Assembly (NCBI GenBank): GCA_001949185.1
Contig: BDGG01000002.1
Location: 2,477,826-2,541,825 of the forward strand
Source: Ramazzottius varieornatus
Taxonomy: Eukaryota; Animalia; Tardigrada
DNA length: 64,000 bases
Direction: 5' to 3'
Shown here: in pieces, positions 11,515-28,100 of the stretch
Position numbering within the stretch: position 1 is the first letter of the stretch
How the letters are laid out: each line of letters begins with the position of its first letter
Position numbers and translations under genes: made by a program
Notes under the pieces: model-generated
The model's database searches: none
What the model saw: the letters and a program-made list of their open reading frames with translations, nothing else
What the model was told of the DNA's origin: nothing

Positions 11515-14397
11515 ATGTCGGGAGCAAAGCATGAAGGTGAAGTGATACTGCTGGTGTATTCCTGCCACCGTTCCACATCTTCCATTCTTTAAGTTGTCTG
11601 CGCCCAGTGTTATGTTCTTGTTTGGTTTCAGGGGTAAGTTGTGATGCTTGTATGAATTCGAACTTCCGTGGACGACGTTACAAGTGCCTGATGTGTTACG
11701 ACTATGATCTGTGTGGAGCATGTCGAGACGGTAAAGCACTGTCTGGACGCCATACCGTGGATCATCCCATGCAGTGCATTCTGACTCGCGGTGATATGGG
11801 TAAGTCTCCCTCTTCTCACAGGACGAAATGTTCGTAGATGAATAAAGGACATGTTGCAGAGCTCTACTTTGGAGGAGAAGCTATCGGAGTAGATCAGGGC
11901 CAGTCATTCACTTGCCCGTACTGTGGTGAGATGGGCTATGCGGAAACCGATCTGGCTGAACACGTGGGAATCAAGCATCCCAATTCCATCAACGACGTGG
12001 TAAGACATTCATTCTCAAACTGCAAAAACAGGCGATTTAGGTTGCGATAATAAGAACGGGATTTGACGCTATCCGCTATGAGGGTGCTGCAAATCCTCCT
12101 TGGATTTTGGTGTAAGCTGCGCGACTTGACCCGAGCAGTGTGTGGTTCGCGAGATAGTTACTGAATAATTCCAAAATTCTTTTGTCATTTCAGATCTGTC
12201 CCATTTGCTCTACAACGCCTGGTGGAGATCCAAACCACGTAACAGAAGATTTGCTGGCGCATTTGACGGCTGAGCATCAAGTGGGAAGCGACAGTGCCAG
12301 CACGGTAATTTTGCGAGGGGATGATATAAATTGTTTGTTTTCGCTGTTGTATCTCGTCCTTGAGCATGGATGGATATCTTCGTTTTAGGCTGGTGGACGA
12401 GCGCAGTCAGCTGTACCCACGCTCACTAGTCGTAGTCGACTTCGTAGAGTACCAGGTGCTAGCGCTTCCGGAGGAGCAAGTACTTCGGCGTCGTCCAGCC
12501 GAGCCTTGTCACGAGAACAACGAAGGCTTGCAGGGAACACTTCCGGTGCACCGGCAGGATCCGGATTGGGTTCCCGATTTGCTCTGCCTCGAGACACTTT
12601 CGCTGTATGTATTTTGCATGTTTAGCCACTCCGACAAAATCGGCCTTACACAAATCCATAGAACTGTGCGAAATGAAATGAATGTGAAATTTTTGTGGAG
12701 ACCAAAACGAGTGGCATTGACCATTGACCATCTGCAGTTACAGTACTACGAGTCTGTACCTTATTTATCTAAATTCTGAAATGGGCAGCCAATGATTCTG
12801 TCTTTCGTACAGGCATCAGCAGATGCGCTGGGTTTCGGACCGCCCTCGGACAGCAGCAGCAACGACGCAGCGGCCTCCATTCAACAGCTTTTGGGAGTCA
12901 CTTCCGGCAGTGGCGCAAATGCTTCTTCCCGTGATCCAGGCGTCGATTCCATCGCGGGTAAGTTACTTGTTTTTTTATCCGTAAGCATTCGTATTTTCAC
13001 ATATCACACCGGTCGCTCGTCATGAGGAGGCAGAAGTTACGTAACGGGGAAAATTCGCTGGAAAGAATGTTCTGAATAAACTTCTTCGAACCGGAAGTCG
13101 TTTAGAACGTGATCACGTTTCTTGTGAAGATTTAGTACTAGGACATTTCCAGGTTTTGCCGAGCTGTTGTCGCAGTTGACCAGTGCTCGACACGCCACGA
13201 GTAGCGCAGTTCAAGCTGCCACTGCGTCGTCAGCTGCGGCGAACTCTGCGGCACAATTGAGCGCTTCGTATGCCAGCACGGCCTCGTCTTTGCAGCAGTT
13301 GCAACTGCAACTCCAAATGGAGCGACAAAATCTCTTGTATGGACGCCATGCTGAAACTGCGCGAAGTGCCGCTGGTGGTTCAAGAATGACGGTGGAACGA
13401 GGTCCGTTGGACCATTCGCGCTTAGCAGCGGCCTACATCAATGCCGGAAGTATCCCCTTCTCCAGCGATCCTCGCCAGATGGCTCAACAGCAACAGGCTA
13501 CAGGGGTGGCGGCCAGTGCGGCGAAGAGCGCTCGCAAAGACAAGGATAGCGTCTTGCTTCTAGACAAGTACGAAACGTTTCAAATAGGATAGTCTAAATT
13601 GAAAACAAGTGGAAGGCACACAAACGAGGGATACAATATTTGTGTTCTAAGCGGCACAGTTTTCATTGCTGCCAGCTGCTCCGGTGCGCCGCTTGAGGTA
13701 GCAATCTTGTTCGATTCGTCTGATAGGCTCTAAGGAATCGCTCACCATTAAATTTATAAATTTGTACGTAGACGAAGAATTCATACCTATATTTCACACA
13801 ATCTTTTCAATTTCTCTAAGTGTGAAATTTCTGTAATATTTCATGAACTTCGCGAATTACGTCTTAGTGGCCGTGTGTTGTATGCGTCATCATACCCGTA
13901 AACCGTACGTGCACGGTAACGTCACTTCGCGAAGTTCACGAAGTGTTACAGTGTTCAAATCTCGTTGGACTAACGAAGGCGAGAAAAATCAGATAATTTT
14001 ATTGTGATGAAAATTTTGTCCTTTTGCTCGTTTGTATAGAATACTGGAGCAACGTTCAACTGACGATCAGAAAGAGGACAACGTGCGTCAGCGCGCTGAC
14101 CGAGCTCTCTTCGTACAAGAAATACTGATCGGCACGCAGAGCGATGCCTTCAGCATGGACAGTACCGAGCCCGAAGAGGCCATCGTCTTGCAGTCGCAGC
14201 CACAGTCCGAGCTCGTCCTAGAACGCACCAGCTCCGGCGACAGCCTGGCTTCCTCCACCGGTGCTACGCAAGGCAGCAGCCGCGCCCCGTCTGAAGTGTC
14301 GTATGTCCCGGACGCGGAAGTGCCCAGTAGCGTGCGAGCTCCTGCGCCACATCCGCGCTCGGTCGAAAGGCTTTCCTCCGACCAAGAAACGCTCTAA
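11515..14397 (+). CDS. KCMF1: E3 ubiquitin ligase KCMF1 (ZZ zinc finger plus Di19-type C2H2), 8 exons
   Basis: Spliced protein MSGAKHEG|VSCDACMNSNFRGRRYKCLMCYDYDLC...HPMQCILTR...FTCPYCG...ICPIC...GGDPNHVT...AELLSQL...LQQLQLQLQMERQ...RADRALFVQEILI. Exons ~11515-11536, 11632-11799, 11860-11999, 12194-12304, 12389-12604, 12813-12957, 13153-13567 and 14040-14397, all GT-AG. Confidence 0.95.
13831..13951. mobile_element. MITE (family A) in the last KCMF1 intron
   Basis: Terminal inverted repeats ctgtaatatttcatgaacttcgcgaa / ttcgcgaagttcacgaagtgttacag. The same TIR recurs at 58029-58171. Confidence 0.7.
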
Positions 14398-14821
14398 CAC
14401 GGTTGACGTGACTTGGTTTGCACTGCAAGTACATTTCTTGTGTTTTGGTCCTGGTTTCTTCGAGCGCATTTCATGCTTATGTTTCACGCTGCGTCCATTT
14501 CATCCTTTTAGCCTTGAACTCATAGTATGCTTTCACGAATTTAGTTCACTCAGCCAGCATTCTCTGCTGGAAGTTTGGCGGAAGTCACCTCTGAGTCGTT
14601 CCATGTTTTAGATAATGTTTTACGGTTTCGTTCGAAGTTGAAACAAAACGGACGAACGAGAAATACAAAACTCGAGAAAAATAGTTTCCGGTATAATTAG
14701 CGTATGTCAAGAAATAATTAAGGTCGCTGGATATACAGCCGAACTGTAGCAGCCGAACTAGGAAGCACAAAGTTTTTTTCTAAAAAAAGTGGGCTTTGGT
14801 TGAGCTGAAAAGTTCGGGAAT

Positions 14822-15165
14822 TTAATTGCCCACGGGAATCATTGCTGGATTGGAGCCAAAGGGATTGGGCATCATGCGTTTCTCAAGGTTTCCCTGAGCT
14901 TGAGCGATGGCAGCTGGAGGGACTCCGGGATTACCAGCCGGTTCCGAGCCCATGGTCTTGCGACCGTCACTTACTATGCTGGGAAGTTGGTCCCTCTTCT
15001 GGCGGAGAACCTGCGTAAAGTGAACACATCTGTACTAATTTCCACCAGGTTTGATGAAAAGAACAAGCAACCGAAAACTGCCGGATCAAACTGAGAACTC
15101 ACCATCGAAAAGGATACGTCCACAACCAGCAACAGGGCCAAAGCGCAAACGAGGAAGCTTCTCAT
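14822..15165 (-). CDS. Small secreted prepropeptide (neuropeptide/hormone-like), 83 aa, 2 exons
   Basis: Exon 15103-15165 encodes MRSFLVCALALLLVVDVSFSM (signal-peptide-like). A GTGAGT...TTTACGCAG intron spans 15011-15102. Exon 14822-15010 encodes VLRQKRDQLPSIVSDGRKTMGSEPAGNPGVPPAAIAQAQGNLEKRMMPNPFGSNPAMIPVGN*. TATAAA lies on the minus strand at ~15289-15294. Confidence 0.75.
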
Positions 15166-16115
15166 TGTAAAGAACAAAACAGCAAGTCCACGGAAACAGA
15201 AGGGAAAGAAAAGCAGGATTATCTTCGGGCACAGGAGTGTCGAAAGTTAAGAGAACTCGGATTTCTACTAGGAGTAAGAACTGAGAAGTTTATAAATGAT
15301 CTAGGAATTGTTTACCGTTTCCGATGGTTTCGAAACAAAATGCTAACTAGCGGAAAATGCCATAACAAACGTTGATGGCTGCAAAACAAGTTGAATAACC
15401 ATTCTAACATGCTCGGACATTATGTCGAACGGTGTTGTTCTCAAACCGAACACCGAAGAAATTTTGGTTTAGTGGCGCGCGGAGCTCGTTGTGCAACATC
15501 GCGATCGGTCATCACTGACTGTATTTTTAAATCCAATTATGTCTCTGTCTTCTGAAAACGAAAACACAATTACTGAAATATTCATTGTGTAACTTTTGCA
15601 GAGATAAATAGCACTTTTAGCGGCGATCAGATTCTCGGTGGCGTGAAATTCCTTCTGGCCTTCTGGATTCAGCACAACTAGTTTCCTGTTGAGATGTATT
15701 CAGCGAAAAACCTGCGGGATACTTGACAGTGGTCGCCTCTTGCGGTCCACTGGCCAGTGGCTGCAACAGGAATGGTAATGAATGGACGGTAGGGTCCGAA
15801 GGTCCGGGGCAGTAGAGCCGTTTTCTCGTAGCTCCTGTTCCAGAAGTCGTCTGTACCGTTAATTAGACCCGGGCATGGACCGCACCGACATCTGTACGTA
15901 CGTAATGCGAAGCCGGCTGCGGGCTGCCTATGAAGCCGAGTTTGCGAATAGGTTTCGCAACAAATCAACTCCATCAAATTTCTTGTTTCGTTCAGGACTT
16001 CAGGCCAAATTTTCTCTCTAAACGTCCTACTCTTCCGTTTCGTCTTCGGATCTTTTGTTCCCATCTTTGTTAACCGGAACGTCCCATCCAGAAGAGACAC
16101 CCTTACTCTTGAAGA

Positions 16116-20363
<4,248 letters not shown>

Positions 20364-22156
20364 AGGGTTCGAATGTTTGACTGTCTGAAAAGTGTGTTCT
20401 GTTGGTCAGCGATATGAAATATTGCTTCGCTTGATTTAGACTTTTCTAAGCGAGTTTGTGCGCAGTTATGACATTCGCTCGTGCTGAGATCCAGGTTCCT
20501 TTTATTCTCCTTCCATACATATTGTTTCATTTTCTTCTGTTACTATCCCACCTGTAACCACGGGTGTTTCGAAATTCGTCGAACTACTGTATAAGTATTG
20601 AAGAGTGAGACACAAAAATCGCGAGTGGAATGAAAAAGAAATTAGATTCTGTGTCGAAAGTCGAAAGTGCACTCGAGCAAGAGTGAGACAACGTGCACAT
20701 CTATTTTTATTTTTCCTGATCGAACGCGGGAGTGCCTTCGATATCTATTTTAACTAGTAGATCGATTCTTATAGAACAACCAGTAAAGTTCAACAAGAGG
20801 GGAAGGATGCCGCCGGAAACTTGGCATCTCAGGTAGCAGGAAGGGTATTTGCGGAGGGGAGACCTTGAAAAGACTTGATGAATGGTTTGAAGGTTGGCGC
20901 GATGTTGGTAGGCTAAAGAAAGACTGTTCGATAAAACCTTTATCGGAAGATGAGAGGCCGAAGGGGGGTTCAGGGACGGATCGACACGTTAGGCGAGCGT
21001 TTTTGGGAGGATGATGAAGACTTAAGTGGACGTGTGATCGACAGGCGGCAAATGGCGCGGACATTATTTGCTCAAAGAGCTGTGAGGACCCACCTCGGAC
21101 ACAATACATAATTCTCTATCAACACACTTGATAGTCCTTCCGAAATGATGGCTGGAAGTCTATGTAGGGACGAGGAAGGCCGCGAGGACCAAGAGTGCAC
21201 GTCTACAGCGGGGATCCACACGGAAAACGCTCTTTGCACAGATGGCTCGACGACGGTCGATAGTATTGGGTTTATATCGAGCGAAAGAGCCCTGACGACA
21301 GCCCTTTACACTTTAATCGAGTTTGTACCGGTGCTTAACAGGATCTGGCTAGTTAGAGAAGAGGGTTGTGAGGTGTACCGTGTACTGTAGATCGAATATG
21401 ACGGTTTACTTGAGAGCGCTTATGGAGCGTTACAAGAACGACGGAGGGGAGAATTGGAAAAGGTTCGCATGGATGGAGATGCAACTGACAGTTGATACTC
21501 GACAACGGTGTTGGAGCTCTGTAATCTGTCGCACGTTTCGGCCGGGATCCGTCGATATCAGATTCTGTGCTTAACCACGGGACCTCTTAACCTTTAATTT
21601 GCAGGGAGGTAACGAAAAAGTCCGTGCTGCCAGCGTGATCGCGGGAAGGAGAGCCACGTGCGGTCTCTGGCCACCTCGGCGAGCTACCTCCCTTTTCACT
21701 TGAAATTTCCAGGACGTCGGCCGGAAGGGAAAGCTTCCTGCTGCCTTGGATTGAACCTGCTGAGGACCTCAAAGCTTCACTGGTGATGTTCCGTGCATGA
21801 ACACAGTTCTACGACAATTCCTGTTTGTTCCAAACTTTCCACTTGAATTAGACCTGTCTAACCTTCCGCATCGGCGAAGTATTTTGGGTTTCGGGAAAAT
21901 AAGGAGACTCTGCTATGTGTGGGCGGCTCAATTACCACCCGAAGGGATCATCGACATAAGGCGATAATCACCATATTGCGAGCAGGAACTGTGATAATTT
22001 ATCCGGGCGATATTAGAGATTACTGGAGTGCACTTGGAGTATCAGTATAGTGATCTTCCGATTGAAGTCAAATCGTCTCTAGCCTGTACCTCTTTGTCGC
22101 TACGGGACTTGTCATTATCACGGCGTATCAGTGTCGTCCGTAAGCAACTGGCAGGT

Positions 22157-25100
22157 ATGTTAAGTGGGATGGCAGGGCTGGGTCGCACCGCCGTCGATCA
22201 GAATCAACTAGTCCGGCACTTCCTCAAGAGCCATCCCGAAGTGTCAGAGGCATTAATCAAGGAATATCTGCTGGAGCATCCGGCCTCGGCGGCCAAGTTG
22301 ATGCGCAGCCTGAATCGGGCCGCCAGTGTACGGAGTACGCGTGCCAGTCAAGGCGGTGCCGAGTCTGCACACGGCAAGGGCGGTGCCGACGACAAAAGTA
22401 ACAGTGTGACGTCGTCGACACTGAAGCAGAGGCAAGTCAATGGTGAACAGGATGAAAATGCTGCTGCACAACATGCGCCTGCCTTTGAGGATGATGGCGA
22501 GGATGTCGAGGATAGCACATCACCAGCATCCCTGGATAACTTACGAGGTCTAGCCCAGGAGGTTGTGCGTAAAAAGCATCGGTATAACGGTAGCAGCCCT
22601 TTCCTATCCTACAACCCTGATTCACTCAACACGCTGGCGAGCCAAAACTGGCAAATTACCAAGAATCGCCAAAACCTGGATGCAGCACTATCCCAACACC
22701 GCACTTACCTGCAGGAAGTGGCCGCTCTGGACGAGAATGAACTCTTCATGGAACTTATCCGTGATGTCGGTAAGCAGCTTTGGAAGTCAGCTTTTTTGCC
22801 TTTTCCTGTCATAAAAATTTTTACATATACATATCAACAATCAAACGAGAGTGTGATTCTATATTCTTGCATATCGTCAGACTGCGCTCCCCTTTTGTCA
22901 AACCACCCTGTATAATTTCCCCGACCTTATCCCGTTAAAGTACATCTGTGGCATTTAAGAACAGGTCGATAATATCGCTATCCTTTCCCTGTTTGTAAAT
23001 TTACACCTCGTGCACGCTGAGCAAATCTTTAATCAAGGATGCGTTAATGCATGCTGATGTTAATTGTGCAATATGCATCTTTTACGACGGTATTATCGTG
23101 CGCGATCGTTTGAGCGTCATTCTGTATGCGGCGTAATCTTAAGAGTCCCCGAATACTAATGGCCATAATTTACGACATAGTACAGTACAAACGGTACGGG
23201 GGGATGCAGAAATAGATGGAAGTGATGATCGTTTGGACAAGTATTCGGAGGTAATCACTGTTCTATGGGCGGGGTCTTTTACAGTTCTCCTAGTCAAACG
23301 ATCTTTCTGGTTATTTTGCATTGAGCAACTGCTCTCTTCCAGATTTGCATGAATCATGATATGCCGGTGCGTGGTGAATTCTGATAGTGTAATAAACGGC
23401 CTTCGGGCAGGTTCGTTGCACATTACGAGCTAGCGCACCTGTCCTCCGAACGGAAATAACGCCGATCAAGCCATCAAACGTCCAGTGTGGGTAGAATTCT
23501 AAAATATTACTGTCAAGCTGTGCTTTACAGCCACTCAATCGCCTTCTGGCTCATATTGTTAGAAGATGAAAAGAGTTGTAAGTGTAAGTTTATGACTATT
23601 TGGTCGGAGACAGTCTACCGATAAAATGTCAAGAACCGACGACGACCAACAGTCAGTCAAGAGAAAAAAAAACAAGAATGTCCAGAGGCTGAGGATAAAT
23701 ATTTCATGACGGTTTTATTGTTCTGCAGCGAACGAGCTGGACATGGAGATTCTGTGCTTCAAAGTTATGACCAACGTGGTGACTTTGGTGGGAGCGGATC
23801 GCGGAAGTCTCTTTCTGTCGCGGAAAGAAAGCGGCTTGAAGCTGCTCGTCAGCAAGCTCTTCGGTACGTTGTTGGCAGAAATTTGTTCCATTCGACGAGC
23901 GAAGCGAATGGGCGGCGGGTAATTGCTTTTTCATCATGGCGAATGTTGAGGAATGTTCTAGATGTGACAGCCGAGTCGACTGCTGCCGAGATCATGAAAT
24001 CCAAAGAGATGGAGATCATAGTGCCTTTCGGGCGCGGCATTGCCGGATCAGTGGCTGAAACAAAGCAGTCCATCAATATCCGCGACGCTTATTCAGTAAG
24101 TTCGCCAGCAGGCTTGACTGGTTTGCAACCAGTAAGGCAAGTGTCGGAAAGAGCTCTTCAACTTCCAACCTCTAGGGAATGCACAGATCCCTTTCCCCTT
24201 CTTTCACTTCCTTAGTCTATCTTTAGCGCAAGCACAGATAAGCGCCCAAGGCTTTGCTGGAACGTAATTCCATACGAACTAAAAACCTCAAAAGCATACC
24301 AATTTTCTACTTTATTATACAGATTTTCAAAAAGGCAGTTGGGTATTGTACATATGACAGAGTTTTTGATAGCAAAATATTCGAAAAGGTTATAAAAAAG
24401 GCGCCATCGAACTTGGATTTGTGAATTTTGCCCGGTGAGGTTTTTGCAGCAGTTTTGGAATTCTCTAGATTGCTTTGCAATGGCGCTGTCCCTGAAACCT
24501 GCAGACACATGAATGTACAGAAGGAACAAGGAAGGGGAAGTTTGACTAAGAGGTTAGGCAACAAAGTTTACTTGACGTGAAGGCTGGGCTCATTTGATTA
24601 CGGCATTACAGGCAGGAGCTGTAAAGCCGTAACTTTGCCACGCACAGGAGCAAAGACAATCGAAACTTCATCGATCCTTTTGGGTCTCTGACGAAGCGAG
24701 GTCCCTGGATGCCTGTTCAGTGGAGCCCGTTGAGTTACAACCACAGCTGGAAGTATCTTCCCTCTCACACAGAGCCCTAAAAGCAAAGTCGTGTACAAAG
24801 TGTACAAAGTGCGCGGCTGATTGGGGTTCTTCCCTTGCAATGGAATCAAATGTGATTTTGAAATAGGGTAATAATCTTTCCGTACTGAGAATGGGGCAAT
24901 TGAGAATTTGCCACACTTCCATTGTTTGATAAGGAGGAATTGGGATGTGTTGCATAATGAAACGTTATGTGACAAGCAAGATGAATTACATTGTGTGGAT
25001 ATACCAAATGTAATTATGCTGTCCCAACAGACGGGACAATATGTGATAGACTCCGCTCTAGAGCCGTATTATACGGTCTGTCAGTACAGTCCGAAAATAG

Positions 25101-28100
25101 ACCCTTACAGACGTCACAGCTGTCAAGTAGTGCAATATTAATGATTGAACAATATGATAGTGGGTATGAAATGAAGTTAAGGAGCTTTTGACACTGTGCA
25201 GGGCGAATGTGGTTCGTGTGCTGGAACGATAACACACACTCTCTCTCTCTTAAAGCTGTTGTGCACATATGTGTTTGTAGGATGCGCGCTTCAATCAGGA
25301 TATTGACAAGCTGACGGGATACAAAACCACTTCGTTGCTAGCGTTGCCCATCCTGAACCGCGACGGCGAAGTGGTCGGCGTGGCGGAGATTATGAACAAA
25401 AAGGGCGGAACGCACTTCAATGCACGCGACGAGATAGTCTTTGCGCGGTACCTCACGTTCTGCGGCATTGGCATCCAGAACGCCCAGTTGTTTGAAATGT
25501 CCGTACAGGAACACATTCGCAACCAGGCAAGTACAACACAACCGTCAGAACAATCAAGGAATAACTATTTCCCAAAGGCCGTGAACTCTGTCCGGGTCCT
25601 CGCGCTCATTCCAGTAAACAGCCCGTCCGGACCAACTAGCTACCACCTATAATATCAAGGCGTTCTCGACAGGATCAGTAATCACCTCGACATTAATTTT
25701 TCTTGGTTCAGAATCTTTTTAACTATCTCCTGAATAATTACTGGCCAGAAATCTATTCATATGAAGTAGGCATCGGGAAAAAATGCAAATGACCACTTCC
25801 CGAAGCTGGAGAAAAGCTCAGAGGTGAGTCGTCCACCGTAAAGCCAGTGTCATAGCCTGTACAGCGTTACACAAGACAGCCGGAAGCTGCCCGGTTAAGA
25901 GAAAACTCAACATTTCACGTGTGGAAGGTTTAAAACGAAGCTCCGAACCTCATACCAGTAAAAAAATGGTCAAACTCGTGTTCAGAGTATTTTCCGTTGT
26001 CTGTGACGGAAGCTGTTACAGCGCCGCAATTCGCATAAGTATGCCGAAGGTGTTTTCCCGAAAAGTTTGTTTTTTGTTGGCCGCAGCCTGTATGATGTTC
26101 AAAGCTTTATTTTACACCTTCTACACGTGAAACCTAGGGTTTCTTAAATAACCGTTCAGTTAGTGAATGGTCTTGTACAACGCGATAGAGGATATAACAC
26201 TGGCTTTACGGTGGACGACGCACCATTGTGCTTTTTCTCCAGCTCCAGGAAGTGGTCATCTGCCTTTCTTCCCGATACTTTGTAGAGAGCTAAAGCTCTC
26301 AGCTGCCACGAACGAGCATTGGTTTCGTGATCGCTGAATGACATGGTTTGAATGGTCCCTCGTCAGAAGAAACAGCTTAGAAAAGTTGTACAGTATAAAA
26401 ATAATCTGAAAGTAAAGGAAAAAGGACTAAACCGATTTTCTGAAGCGTTGGGTGGTAACAAGTTGGCCCGAACAGGCTATCCCATCCGGGTACAAATACA
26501 CGGAGCGTGACACGGAACTGGGAAGCCGGCAAATGAAACTTACAGGATCGTCATCTCAAATGGCGCACTCGCCCGGCCGGAAACAATGAAGATGTGCGCC
26601 TGAAAACGATCTTGTAACTTTGGCCTGCCGACCTCCCAACATTTAGACCAGAAGAAGAACGAAGCTCAGAGTAGCTTTGATTTTCCGTACACTTTTGCCG
26701 GGACTAAAGGTTTAAGAACCGGGTGGAAACCAACTGGCGGCTTGTGCCTCAGTTCATCCATCATCATGGTTGTGTTGGGTTCGATAAGTCTTCTCGGTAA
26801 TGGAGTGCTTTCCTTATTTTCACAGATCCTCTTGAAGCTGGCTCGCGGCATCTTTGAGGAGCAACAAAGCGTGGAGAGGGTGGTCCACAAGATCCTGGTG
26901 GAATCGAAAGCCCTCTTCAAGTGCGAGCACATTTGTGTCTTCATCGTCGAGCTTCCGACTGAGGACGAGGCAAGCACCTTCCTTCATTCAGCCCGTTTCA
27001 AGCGGCAGCCACAAGCAGACACAATATGTCTGTAATGGAATGAACTCTCTGACGTCAAACAGTGAGCCTACGGACACGCTCAATGAATACTGTGGTCGGT
27101 TGCAGGATTCCAGGCCGGAAGCGGAAAGAGCTCCTCGAACTCTACCGGCTTCACCGGCCAAAATTGCGCTTTCAAGCGGCTTCCACATTGAAGTTAACAA
27201 GGAAGAAGACGTGCGTAACATGACCAAAGATGAACTTGAGAAGGGCTTGCTGGCGACCATCGCTAGGGAGGTCATCTATGAAAACAAGGTAACAAACCAT
27301 CAACCTAACTCAGCGAACTTTAAAAATATTCCGAGGACGATTCTTCGTCATAACTCGTTGTTATTGATCAACGCTCCTTTAATTTGATACAATTATCTTC
27401 AGAAATATCGTAGCAAATCGGCAACTGTGCTGCCAACGTTGCTCTTTCGAAACTGGTGCGCACACTAACTAAGAAAATTGGCAAAGAAGTCTCCACTCTC
27501 CAACTAGTTTAAGCGACTAGAATTTTTTTACGATGCTTATGGATGAAAATCCAGTGGATGTTTTTCATATGGTATTCTCCGCAGTTGAAGAACATCGTGA
27601 CACCGGAGGACGAGCCTCGTTTCGCCGAAGATGGCTTCGCGTCAGAGATGTCAGTGCGGAACCTGATGTGTATTCCCGTCCATGACGCCAAGAACGAGAT
27701 TATCGGCGCATGTCTAATGCTAAACAAACAGCTCCGCAACTTCACCGAACTGGATCTTGATAGAGTACAGGTAAGGGCACTTTGTTCACTTCATCCTTTC
27801 TATCTGTCAATAGATATTTCGCGTGATCCTCTTGAATACATAACCAAAAATAAATTTTCGATTTTCATCCGAGTTTTGCTTGAAAAATTGTCGAAGGGTG
27901 GTTTTGATTGCTTCGTTTATCGACCACTTCTCCGAATGGAAATATAAGAATGTTCCATGAATAATCAATGGGGTACTTTTCCTCTTTTTGCAGTCCTTTG
28001 CTGTCTTCTGTGGACTAGGGTGAGCACTTTAAAATTTATGTTATCGATGGCAGTTTCAGTTCGGCTAATGCACGTTTTTTGACGTGAATTATGGCGAATT

